Assembly (NCBI GenBank): GCA_025594325.1
Contig: JANHCV010000006.1
Location: 806,001 to 870,000, forward strand
DNA length: 64,000 nt
Source: Blastocladiella emersonii ATCC 22665
Lineage: Eukaryota > Fungi > Blastocladiomycota
Reading direction: 5' to 3'
The notes beneath the pieces were generated by a model that had not been told where the DNA came from, searched no databases, and worked only from the letters and a program-made list of their open reading frames with translations. The first letter of the stretch is position 1; each line of letters begins with the position of its first letter. This document shows, one piece after another, positions 41,881 to 53,700 of the stretch. Both the position numbers and the translations under genes were made by a program.

Positions 41881-44800
41881 TGCGGGAGGAGCGGGTCCAG
41901 AAGGCTGCGGCGGCGGGCGGTGATGGACATGCACGGGAGCAGCGGCGGGGATCTGAACCGGTGCTGGCGCGGGCGCGGACGGGGGCTGGGCGTGCGTTGA
42001 TGCCGGCGCGGGCGCGGCGGGAGCAGAACTCGACGGCTGCGACTGCGACTGGCGCTGGATCTCCTGCTGGCGCCGCGCCTGCTCCTGCTGCCACTGCTGG
42101 TGCTGGTGCTGCTGCGCTTGCTGGAGCTGGTGGTGATATAGCTGCTGCTGATGAACGCGCTGCTGGTGGGTCTGCTGCTGCTGTTGAAGCTGCTGCGCGT
42201 GAGGGTCAGCCCCGTTCGCAACGCGAGTTGGTGCGGGCTGCTGCTGTTGCTGCTGCTGCCGCTGCTGTTGCTGCTCCTGTTGCGGCGGGAGCTCCTGCGT
42301 GGTCGGCGTCGGGGAGGCGAGAGCGAGTGCCGACGGCGCAGTCGCGGGGCGAGCCGGCGCGGGAGCGGAAGCGGGCGCTTGGACCGAGCGCACACCCTGC
42401 GCCGCGGCAGATGTGATGATCAGGTGCGGGTGCGGGTGAGCAGCCGGTGCCGCGGGCACGGTACCCTGCTCGTACCCCGTCGCGCTCGGGTTGCGCGCTG
42501 CCGCCGCCTGCTGCTGCTGGTGGTGGTGGTACTGCTGCTTCTGCTGCGCGTGGAACGACTGGCGGGCGTGCTGCACCTCACGCGTCTCGATGACGGGCGT
42601 CGCTGACGCTGACGAAGGCCGCGTGTCGGCGGACCCGGGCCGACCCGACTGCGGCGCGGAGGAGCCTGAGGGCGCGCGAGCGAGAGCGGGCGGGTGTTGA
42701 TGACCTTGCGCCGCGACGCGGGCATGGGCGGGATGGACTTGGTGTCCTTGCGGCGGCTGCGGCGGCTGCGGCGGCTGCTGATGAATGTGGAAGACGATCT
42801 GCTGCGGCGGTGGCTGAGGCTGCTGCGCCTGGTGGTACTGCTGCTGCTGCTGCTGGGGATGAGCAGGAGCCGCTGGTTGAGGTGGGCGCGCAGCGGGCGG
42901 TTGAGCGGGTTGCGGCGCGTTCGCGGCGGCGGCGGGCTGAGACCGCACGACGGCAGCCTGCGTCGCGTGGTACTGCTGCTGCTGGTGGTACGACCGCTGC
43001 TGCTGGGCCTGGGCCTGGGCCTGCTGCTGCTGGGCGTGAGTCTGCTGCTGCTGCTGTTGCTGGTGCGCTTGCTGCTGGGGCTGGACATGGGCGTGGGCCT
43101 GGTGCTGTTGCTGCTGCTGCGACCCACGATCATCTCGCACGAGCTGGGTGCCCGGGTGCGTGTGGCGGTGCTGAAGTCGCGGCGGCAGCAATTGCTGCGG
43201 GACCAGTGGTCGGGTCGCGGTGCTCGCGCGAGGAGGATTCGGGAGTGACTGCTGGCCGTGGGCGGCGGTTCCGCTTGACGTGACGGGAGCCGGTTGATGA
43301 GCAGGAACGAGTGCGAGCGCGGGAGCCGGTGGTGGAGCGGGCGCAGGTGCAGGAGCGGGAGTCGGCGCAGAAGTGGAAGCTGGCGCGGTGGTAGTAGGCG
43401 GAACCGTCGATGACTGCTGCTGCTGATGGTGGTGGTACTGGTACTGCTGCTGCTGCTGCTGCTGCGGCGTCGGCGCCGGCGCGTGGTACACGTAGTACTG
43501 CTGGCCGGGAACTGGCGCGTGGGTCGCCCACACCTGCTGCAGCTGCTGGATCTGCTGCGGCTGAGACGACGGCACCGAATGGTGCTGGAACGGCTGGATC
43601 TGGCCGACCTGCGAGTTGACCACGATATGTCGTTGCAGCTGCTGGGTCGGGACGAGCGGCTGCGACAGGACCTGCGGTTGCCGCTGGTCGACCTGCTGCT
43701 GCTGCTGCTGCTGCTGCTGAGAGGGGACCGCCTGCGCGTTTTGAGAGGCGGCGAGCTGCTGCGGTTGCTGCTGCTGCTGCTGCTGCTGCTGCGGCTGTTG
43801 CTGGCGCACGAGCGAGGCGGGATGGGGAAGCTGGTGCTGCTGCGGAACGGGTTGCTGCTGCTGGGCCGGCTGGCGTGGTTGCTCGATCCGCGGCTGCTCC
43901 TGCTGGATCTGCGGTTGGTCGGTCTGGATCTGCGACTGCTGGACCTGCGACCGGTGGATGTGCGACGGCTGCCGATTCTGCGACGACTGCTGGTTTTGCG
44001 ACGGTTGCTGATTCTGCGACTGGTGCATGTGCGACTGCTGCTGCTGCTGCTGGAGCTGGATCTGGTAGGCCTGCTGCTGGTAGGCCTGCTGCTGCGCGAA
44101 CTGCTGCTGCGCGTACTGCTGCGCCTGCGCCTGCGCCGCGTTCAGGTCGCGCTGCGAGAACGCGGGCGAGATGGGCGTGCTCGCGGCCGAGACCGGGACC
44201 GAGTTGGTGGTGGTCGCGGCCGCGGCGGCCGCCGCTGCCGCCGCGGCATTCGCGACGAGGAGGAGCTGGTGCAGCTGCGTGTGGTCGTGGTGGGTGTGCA
44301 GCGGGAACGCGGATGCCGATGCCGACGAGGAAGATGACGCGCCTGCGACGTTGTGCGCGAGCTGCGGCTCGATCGGGAGCGGGCGGATGGCGGACGCGAG
44401 CTCGACGGCCTCGAGCGACATGGACTCGACGGTCGGCTGTGACTGCTGCGACTGCTGCGACTGCTGCTGCTGCTGCGCGGTCTCGGGCAGCGGACCCGAC
44501 GGCGGGGTTGACGCGGCCGAGGGAGCGGCCGAGGGCGCGGCGCTCGCACTCGCGCTCGTGTCGGCCGCTGCCTGCTTCTTAGGCCGGCCGCGCTTCGATT
44601 TCGGCTTGCTCGCGGCGGCGGCGGGTGCGACAGCAGGAGCAGCGACGGCGGCGGGATCGACGGGCGCCGGAGGAGCACCATCCTGGACCGCGGCGGCGGC
44701 GGCAGAGACGGCGGCCGCGTCCTCGGCCATCGGCTTGGCCTTGGCCTTAGCGCGAGGCTTCGGCTTCGGCTTCGCCTTGGCCTTTCCGGCCTTGGAAACG

Positions 44801-47700
44801 GTCGTCGCGGGGACATCAGCAGCGGGGTCGTCGGCGGTGGCCGAGGAGGATGGTGCCGGCGCGTCAGCGCCAACGGCCTCGGCGTTCGCGGCGGCCGGAG
44901 CCTTCTTCTTCTTCGGCCGCGGCGCGCGCTTACGCGGCGCAGGCGCGGATGCTGCATCGGCCGACGGAGCGGCGGGGACCTGCTGAGTCTCGGACACGGC
45001 GGGAGCGGCGGCGGCGAGCTCGTGCCGGAGCAGCTGCTCGAACGTCTGCGCCGACGCCGACGACGGTGGTGGTGGCGGTGCGGGCGCAAACTGCGCGGGC
45101 GCGGCAGGCGTCGACGCGATCAGGGCCGCGGCCGCCATGGACGCGAGAGCGGCGAAGGGCTCGTCGGTCGCGGGGACGGTGCCGAGCGTGAGCGGGTCGT
45201 CGTCGGCGGTAGGAACCGGTGCGGCGGGCGCGGCGGGCGCGGATGGCGCAGCGGGAGCGGCCGGTGCGACTCGCGCCGCCTTAGACCGAGCCTTGGACAC
45301 GCGAGCCCGTTTCGCGGGCGGCGGCGCGGTTCCGTCAGGAGCACTCGCTGCGGCCGCGGCGGCAGCAGCCGCAGCAGCAGCAGCAGCCGCGGTTGCAGGC
45401 GCGGGCATCGGCATCGGGACCGCGATCGAGACGGGCGACGGCAAGGCGGGCGACGCGGGGAGCGACATGGCGTGGTGGTGGTGGAAGTTGAGGGGCGACG
45501 GGAACGCGCTGGCAAGGCTGCCGCCGCTGCTACTCGCGCCGCTGCCGCTGGCGGCACCCGCTACGAGCGCGAACGGCGACCCAGCAGCGTCCGGCGCGGG
45601 GTTCCGCCGCGGGTCGTTGATAACGAGTTTCGCGGCCTTGAGGTTATTGACCTGCTCGCGGTGGTGGTGGACGGCGACGCGGTCGGCCTCGGCGAGGTCG
45701 TCGTAGAACTTGCGGTCCGTGTCGGAGAGGGCGCGCCACGCCTCGCCGACGAGGCGCGGGATCTCGGTGAAGGGGACGCCCGGGTTGGCGCGGAACACAT
45801 TGTCGCGGTTGCGGGCCATGAAGAAGTTGTAGGCGGAGAGGGCGCGGCGCACCTCGCGCTTGTTCGCCGTCTTGCGCGTCTGGATCATGCGCGCCGACCG
45901 CTCGCGCCGCGCCGCCTCGACCTGCTCGTTCCACGCCTTGAGCTCGGTCGCGTACCGCTGCTTGTCCTGCGCCGCGATCGCCTCGTAGTACTGGGCGATG
46001 GAGCGACGGCGAGGTCAGATCGAGCCGCGTGTGTGCATCGGGAGCGAAGAGGTGAACGTACCGCGCGTTCCTCAGCCGACAGCGCGTGGAACCGGGCGCC
46101 CATGATGCGGCCGACGGCGCCAAACGCCTCGCGGCCGTCCCGCTCCTCGTCGCCGGCCTGCGCCTGTTCCTCGGCGGCGATCGTCTTGTGCACTACATGC
46201 AGGCGTCAGCACCCGGACCCATGAACCCGCACACACGCGCAAACACGTACTGGCTTTCATGAAAGCGAGGTAGGCGGTGAGCGGGCGCTTGGGCTTGAGC
46301 GGGAGCGGCGGGATGTCGAACATGGGGTCGTCGGGGTTGAAGTCATTGCGGATCGCGACAATGGACCCGTCGGGCGCGTAGTAGTAGGACGCCGGGTCGC
46401 ACCGCGACTTGGCCGCTGCCGCCGCCGCCTTCTTCGGCTTGGCCGCCGTCGTCGCGGCCACGCCGGTCTTGGGTTTCGCCTTGGCCTTGCGCTTCGGTTT
46501 GGGTTTCGGCGCGTCCTCGGCGTCGGCGTCGTCAGCAGCATCGGCAGGTGGCGCAGCGTCCGCGTCCATTGCGGCGGCGTCGACGACCGCCGACGAGGAC
46601 GGCGAGGCAGCCGCGCTCGGGTCGGGGTCCGCCGGCTCGCCGCATCCGGCCGACGACGCGCGCGATGCCGCCGCCGCGGCAGCAGACCGCTCCATGTCCG
46701 CGATCGACGCGCTGGCCGACGATGACGCGGTTCCCATAATGGAGTCCGCGCCGAGCCCCATGGCGAGCGGGTCGGCGGCGAACGCGTCCATGGCGCCGCG
46801 AAAGCTGGCGCTGGCGGGTCCGTCGGCGGCGAGCGGGTCGACGTCGTCAAAGTGGGCCGACATCCCCGCCATGGCCATGGACATGGACATGGACATGGGG
46901 AATTCGCCGTTGAAGAGCGGCGGCGGCGGGTGCGGCGAGGCGAGGCGCGGGAGGAGGCCGAGGCCGAGGCCGAGCTGCGGCGACGGCAGGTGCAGCGTGC
47001 TCGTGAGCGGGGTGCCGCGCGTCAGCGTCAGCGACGGGGTCCCCGCACCCGTCGTCGATAGCGTCGAGCTGGATGGGAGCGGCGTGGATCGCGAGCTCGC
47101 GGCGGTGCTGGTGCCGCCGGTGCTCAGATGCGACGAGAAGGCGGCAAACGACGACGTGACGCTGCCGTGGTCCGCGACGGACCGGTGGTGGTGGTGATGG
47201 AACGGGTATGACCGCTGGTATGCGTGATGGTGGTGGTGGTGGTGGTGGTGGTGCGGCGAGCTGGCCGCGACCGAGTCGTGCGGGTATCCCGAGCCGCTGG
47301 CGGGCACGGCGGCCGCGAGCGACGGGAGCGACGACGACGACGACGCGGCGGCCGAGACCGGGGTTGCGCTGCTGCCGGAGACGGTGCCGGTGGCGGAGCG
47401 GGGCAGGAGAAAGGCGGGCGTCGCGTCGTAGCCCGCGTAGTGGTGGTGATGGTGATGGGCGCTCGCGCTGCTGGCCGGGTATGACGACGCCGACGACGCC
47501 GATGGAGTCGCGGCGGCAGCAGCAGAGGCGACGGGGTGGCCCGCGGCCCCATCCCCGCCGGTCCCGGAGGCCGCGGGGTCCGCGGTGGAGCCAAACGGTC
47601 CGTAGGGCGGCGACACGGGCGCGTGGCCGAACGAGGCGACCAGGTTCGGCAGGCCCATGCCCATCCCGAGCGGGTACAGCGGGTCGGGGTTCGGGTCCAT
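40915..47700 (-). CDS. Large (~2218 aa) protein with two tandem HMG boxes and extensive polyQ/polyH/A-P low-complexity regions; introns 46193-46250 and 45991-46061
   Basis: Box 1: KPKRPLTAYLAFMK...FGAVGRIMGARFHALSAEERAYYEAIAAQDKQRY. Box 2: RRALSAYNFFM...PFTEIPRLVGEAWRALSDTDRKFYDDLAEADR. Exon lengths 1450+131+5076 are in frame. Confidence 0.85.
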
Positions 47701-48179
47701 GGCGGGGGCTGCGCCGAATAGGTTGCACGAGGTTAGATCAGGGTTGCATGGCAGGGTGTGGAGCAGGGGTTCTGGTGTGGAGGGTGCGAGGTGGGGGTCG
47801 ATCGCGCGCTCCGTGGTGCGCGGCCGAGTCACCGTTCGCCGAGTGCCGAGTGACACCGGTGACCGCGACCACGACGGCGATGGCGACAAGCGCACGACCG
47901 ACCATGGCCAGAAGAGCGATCTCGACGTACTTGCAGCGGCCAACTAGGCGCGCAGACGGCAGCGACGGCGGCGGGAGCGGCGCAGCACGGCCACGGCGGC
48001 GGTGTGGGGGTGGCGCAGCGAACAAGCGTGTCCACGCGCGTGTTCTCCGATGGCGCAGGGAGACGCGCGCGGCGACCACGGGAAGCGGGTGCAGCTACCC
48101 GGGTAGCACGTATTGGATATGGGGGCGGGAGGGTAGCTAGCCCCCGCTCTGCGCTTTCCTAGCGATCGGGGTTTCGCCA

Positions 48180-50119
48180 GGCGATTCCTATTCTGCCCCC
48201 CAGCCGGTTATCCTGCCCCCCGCGGCTATTCTGCCCCCTCGGCTATTCTGCCCCCAAGCCACGGTCACATGATATCGCGACGCGTCGATTTCCCGCGGCC
48301 GGCCGCCGTTATCACGGCCCCGTCGACTTGTACTGACTCCGCAAAAAATCACACACATAAAAAAGAGTTCATGCAACGTGATGAAAAATGCTGAATGAAA
48401 AGCTCACGCGAAGCGATGTCGCTGCCAAATGAAAAACAGAAGCGTATTTATTCAACGGGTCGACAGGCTCAACATTTCTTGCTCTTATCCAACTCTAGTG
48501 CCTCTTTTTGAGCAGCTCCTGGAGCGCGCGCGCGCCGGACGTCATGGGCGCGTTCGCGATTGCCGCGGGCGTGGTCGTGGTGGTCGCCGTGGCGGTCGCG
48601 GCGGTCGAGCGCGCGGCAGTCGTTGACGACAAGGTCGCGAGCTCCACAGTCGTGACCGCGGTTCTCAAATCAGTTGCGTTTGTTGACTCGACTGTACCGC
48701 GCCGTGCGCGCTTGCGCGCGGGGCCCGAGTTCGCCTTGGCGGAGCTCTTCCGCTTCGCTACACGCCAGATGGTGAGATCCGAACGTCCTTCAAACGCGGC
48801 GACCAATCGTACCTTGCGTTGCAAAGTCTTTTGGGCAACTTGCGGGACGAGGAGGAGATTTCGGCGGCCGGCCGCGGTTGCTCCCGTACTTTCTGGGCGG
48901 GTTGCGGACGTCAGGAAGGCTGTCCGCTCGTCCTTGCACCGGCTGCCGCGCCGCGGGAGCCTTGCCCTTCCCTGCAGCTGGGCCAGGCTCCTCGTCGTCG
49001 TCCGGCGGGAGCTCGCCGTCGTACTCGTCCTTGTCAAGCACAAGGACGTCTGCGTCGGCCGCGTCGAGATCCTCCTCGAGAGCTCTGGGCGTAGTCGGCC
49101 GCATGTGCTCGCGGATCAGCTGCCCGAAATCCGGACCTACAGGCTCGGGCGGCAGCACTTCGCCGCCGTTGCTGTTCTTGCCCAGACTGCCGTGTTCGCT
49201 AGGAAAAATGAAGTCGCGGTCGACCAGGCTCTTGCCCTTGCCCATGAGGTAGGCGTCATCAATCATGCTTAGCGTGAACCACACGTCCCCGGCGTGATAC
49301 ATCACGGCGAACGCGTGATCGCATGGATGTGTCACGCCGACGCGACACGAGCAGAGAATCGCGCCGTCGTTGAAGACAATGAGGTAGTACAGCTCGCGCG
49401 ACGACCGCCGAAGGCCCACCCGCCATACCGATCGGGCGCACTCGTTGTTGGCGAGCTCGCGGAACTGGTCGTACGGCATTTCCGCGAGATCGCGCTCCTG
49501 CAGCCGCACTGGAGTGCAGTTGTGCACGTTTTGCAGACTACTTAAGAGCGCGTTAGCGACGTTTGGAGTGCAGTTTTGCGCGATTGCCCTGGCAATGGCG
49601 CGTAGGTCCGCATTGAGGTCGCTGAACGAGCGACCCAAATTATTGCGGTACACGGCCTCCATCTTGTTGGCCTGATCCGCTTCGCGAACGAGCTCGCGGC
49701 CGACCGCACTGTCGACCCCCATCAAGCGAGTGTTGGTGTCGAGGCCGAACCGCTTGAGGAGGCCGTTCATGCCCTCGACATGCTGGTCTCCTTGATCGGC
49801 CGCGCTCAGTGTTTGTCCGATCTGCTTTGACGCGACGCGTGGTGAGCGACGCGTCAAGACGGTCGCGCCGACGGCACTAGGAATCCGCGTAATAATTTTT
49901 TTGGTTGGAAATTTCACGCGGGAAGCGGTCACCTTTTTTTTTCGGTGCGTGCAGCGTGCCACATTTTTTCGAGGGAGTTGGTTGTGGTGCGCGGAGTTGA
50001 GCTGGGTCATTTCACGCGTTTTTTTATCATGTGACCGCGTCTGGACGGCAGAATAACCTGGGGGGCAGAATAGCCGAGGGGGGCAGAATAACCGACTGGG
50101 GGGCAGAATGACCGCCTCC
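48180..50119 (-). mobile_element. Mutator/MULE deletion derivative: ~106-bp TIRs with 4 GGGGGCAGAAT subrepeats each, 9-bp TSD GTTTCGCCA
   Basis: TSD at 48171-48179 and 50120-50128. Imperfect TIRs at 48180-48285 and 50014-50119 begin with GG. Internal SWIM-finger ORF. Confidence 0.9.
48790..50010 (-). pseudogene. Truncated MULE transposase (C-terminal part: post-catalytic E motif, SWIM zinc finger, AT-hook-like)
   Basis: HVEGMNGLLK resembles the ExxNxxLK motif at the third DDE residue. CSCRVGVTHPCDH is a SWIM CxC-x7-CxH, and RGRPPK is AT-hook-like. No upstream D..D core is visible. Confidence 0.7.
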
Positions 50120-50449
50120 GTTTCGCCACCCGGCCATGAACCTGAAACGCCCGCCCTGTTCTGCCACAGCTTTCCCGCGTCGCCGGCCGCCGCGCACTTA
50201 CCCGAGCTCGCGGAATGTCTCGCGCGGAATGTCTCGCGCGTCGTGTTGCGTCGCGTCGCGTCCCGCGTTCTGGGCCTGAGAGGTGGTTGGCTCCATATCG
50301 CCGAGTGTCTCCAACCGCGCCAGCCGCGGTCACGCCATTTCGCGACGCGTTGGACCGCGAGACACGCACGCGTCGCGCCGCGCCGCGCCGCACCTCAGCC
50401 ACCTCCCTCTCTGCTCCTTGCAGCTCCTCGCCCCTCGCACGCAACCACC

Positions 50450-51557
50450 ATGAGACCACCACTCGAGCCCCGCCAATGCATTCTCGCGAGCATCCTGCTC
50501 TCGCAAGCCGCCGCGTTCCACGCGCTCGTCGCGGCCGAGCCGCTCGCCGCGCTGCGGCCCGCCATCGAGCCCCTCGGCCTGGCCTTACTCCTCGCCACGT
50601 TCATCCTCGGCATCGCGCTGAGCCTGTCCCCGTCGCACGACCGGCACCTGCCAAGCGCGTCCGGCCGCCGCGGGTGGTGGTGGCCATGGCCGCGGTCGCG
50701 CCCAACGTACCCGCTGACCGTGGCCGACGAGAAGGCCGCGGTCGCCGCGGCGCTCAAGTCGATCCCGGCGCCGGGGACCAAGTGGTGCGCCATCTGCGCC
50801 GTGTACGTGCGCGCCGACTCGCTGCACTGCCGGTACTGCGACGCGTGCGTCGAGCGCATGGACCACCACTGCTTCTACGCCAACAACTGTATCGGCCGGC
50901 GTAACTACCGGTACGGCGAGCGAGTTCACGGTCCGTTGACGCGGGATTGACATGGGTTGTGTGCGCGTAGGCTGTTCCTCGTCACGCTCGCGACCATCCT
51001 GCTGCACTCGGGCTCGCAGCTCGCGGCCAACCTCGCGGCCGTCGTGGTCATCTTCGGTGCGCTTATCCCCTCTCAACCCCGTTCAACCCGACCTCACACA
51101 ATCTTCGCGCTTGATAGTCTCCGGCACCACCCCACTCGCGACCGCCGCGTGGCAGACGTCGCTGCTCGTCGCGCTTGCGCTGCCGCTGACGGCCATCTTC
51201 CTCTTCTCCGCGTACCTCGTGATCCTGCACGTCGAGCTCGCGCGCCGCGGCCTGACCACCATCGAGTACTCGCGCCTCATCTACGCGACGGATCCGCCAC
51301 CAGCGCCAGCAGCGGTGTCCATCGACCTCGAGTCGGGCTCGACGGTATCGCCAGCGGTGCGGGAGCCGTGGACCGCGCGCATCGTGCGGCGCTTCTGGTG
51401 CTGGAGCCGCCGCGAGCGGCGTTCGACCGCGACTGGTAAGACCAACGACTGCAGCACGAGCTCGGCGCCGATGCCCGAGGGCAACGTGCTGCAGGTGTGG
51501 CCCGTGGCGCTTGAGGAGGCGACGACGCTGGGTCATGGTGGTAGTGGCAATCAATGA
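50450..51557 (+). CDS. DHHC palmitoyltransferase; introns 50911-50970 and 51057-51117
   Basis: [45 protein letters not shown], four hydrophobic segments, and the TTxE motif GLTTIEY. Confidence 0.93.
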
Positions 51558-51649
51558 CGTTCTGTTTAAACTCTGGAAACTGGTACGAGGGGAGGGAGGG
51601 GGAAGAAGCAAATCAAGTGAGACGAGACCGGGGCGACGCGAGCCAGCCT

Positions 51650-52880
51650 TCATGCGGCGTGCGGGTCGAGCAGCGCCTTGGTGGCCTTGGGCACGTCCTG
51701 CGAGTTGAACGTCTTGGTCGAGTACCGCAGCGAGTTGAGCAGCGTCTCGCTGGCGCTGCCGCCGTGCGTCTGGATCGTGCGCACGAACACGCGCATCTAC
51801 ACACGGTTGCGACGGGTGAGCGCTCGCTCACTCGAGCACCGTTGCCGAAGCGACGTACGTTGACCTCGGACGCCTTGGGGAACAAGCCGACCGGGTGGAT
51901 GAAATCGTACATGACGAGGCACCCGGTCATAACGCGGAGGGCGAACAGCGCAGGGACCGACGACTGGGTGTTGACGGCGTTCTGGCACACGGTCGCGATG
52001 AGGAGGAGCGACGCCGCGACCGCGTCGGCGAGCGAGTGCTGCGTCACGTACGCGGCCACGGTATCGGTCATGAGCTTGAGGAACGGCGACGGGTACGCGT
52101 AGAAGAGGGACATGCGGTTGGCGAGCTCGTCGGGGACGGGCAGCGTCGCCGCTGTTGGCGCGGCCGGGTTGCTGCGCGTGCGACTGACGGTGCGCCGGTA
52201 GTACGAGAAGTCGTTCTGGATCGCGGGTTTGCCCATCTTGACCTCGTCAAACTCCCACGAAAACGACAGCAGGTCCGCAAACGCCTTGGCCGTCGCCTGG
52301 TTCGCCTCCAGGTTCGCCTGCACGTTTACCCCGCCGTTCGTAGGCGCGCAGAACTTGGCCAGGATCTGCGGCAGGATTTGCTCTACACGGATGCACGCGG
52401 ATCAGCGCGCGTCGCGGTTGATCGGGTCGAGGCGAGGCTACCGTACCAATCTGCGTCGCGTACTCGTAGTACTCGCGGAGCCGCACCACACATGGCACCA
52501 CGGCGTTCCACGCCTCGGTCTCGGTCTGCGTGTTCGGCGTCGAGATGGCCTACAAGTCTCGCTGAGTGAGCACCCGCGTCACCACGACAAGTAGCAGGGA
52601 CGAGACACGTACCGCGCGGATCGCCTGGTCGCATCCGTGGTACTCCTTGAGCCCTGCCAACACGGCGGGCGAGCGCTGCAGGATCGCGGTCACGGCGTTC
52701 AGCAGCTCCTGCTCGAGCGCCGACACGGCGGGGTCTACACAGCGGGGGAGGTCAGCGACACTGCCACGGCCGCAATGAAGGAGCTGTCGCCGTCGTCGTC
52801 GTCGTACCGATCAGGTTGACGGTCGCGAGCGGTGCGGACGGCGGGTCGGACGACCGCAGCAGGGCGAGGAGCTGGCCCAT
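51650..52880 (-). CDS. CYRI: CYRI / FAM49 Rac1 interactor; introns 52735-52807, 52550-52612, 52383-52446, 51797-51858
   Basis: MGQLL N-myristoylation-type start, EAWNAVVP, FDEVKMGKPAIQNDFSYYRRTVSR, DELANRMSLFYA, LRVMTG..MYDFIHPVGLF, LLNSLRYSTK; all are hallmark FAM49 motifs. Confidence 0.93.
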
Positions 52881-53700
52881 GGTGCTGTAGGGGTGAAGGA
52901 GGGTATGGTACGAGGCAGATCTACGGCAACCGCGCTCTACACGCCGCGGGCGGTGATCGAATCAGATCCACGGTGTCGAGCGCGCGCGTAGCCGTCGTGG
53001 CTGCAACGCAGCCGGCCTGGTGGATGGGATCCCGGCGGCGAGTATGGCGGCCATGTGTCGCCGTCGTGGTGGACGGGTGGCGCAGCATGTCGCCAGGTTC
53101 CCCACGCCATGGCCGCGACAGGCCGTGGCGGTGGCGCGGGGAGGCGCTCGTGTCCCGGTCCAGCGCTACGCCACCCTGGCCTCCCCGCACGGGTGGATTG
53201 GATTGCGTTCAAGCACGCTCAGGTCGCGACGACGACGACGAAGGCGGGTCGCTGCATGTGGCCGGCCGGCTGCGTTGCATTCATGGGTGGTGTGTGCGTG
53301 CGTGACATACGAGGGGGGCAGAGGTCGCTGGTGAGGGGGAAGCGTGGGGAGAGAGCGAGGATGCGCCGACTTCAACAACAAGGTGGGCACGGGGAGGGGA
53401 GGATGGGGATCGTCGCAGTGCGGCCGGAGACGCCGCTCGTCGGGCCCGGCGCATGCCGCGAGACTGTGGCGGAGCGGCGGGGCGGAGGCGGCGGCGGCGG
53501 CGGGCGTGCGGCACACGCGTGCGAGAAACCGAAAAATTGCATGCACGTGACCGCGCCGAAATGAAAGGAGTTGCGCCACACGCGCGCGACGGCCGGCGAC
53601 CGCCGAGACGCGGCCATGGCGCACTCTCTCTCGACCCTGCGTGTCGAGGGGGAATGGAAGTGTGTATTGCTAAGGATGTGCCATGAAGGGAGGAGCCAGT

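Noticed and set aside
41500-44480. CAG/CTG trinucleotide arrays as independent repeat elements
   Set aside because: They are in-frame polyQ codons of the HMG protein.
45650-46330. HMG gene as a mating-type (sexM/sexP-like) locus
   Set aside because: It has two HMGB-type boxes in a very large protein, and the flanking genes are not the triose-phosphate transporter or RNA helicase typical of that locus.
48190-48256. Short regularly spaced repeats resembling a CRISPR array or iterons
   Set aside because: Spacers are only 5-8 bp and the units are mirrored at 50042-50109; they are MULE TIR subrepeats in a eukaryotic genome.
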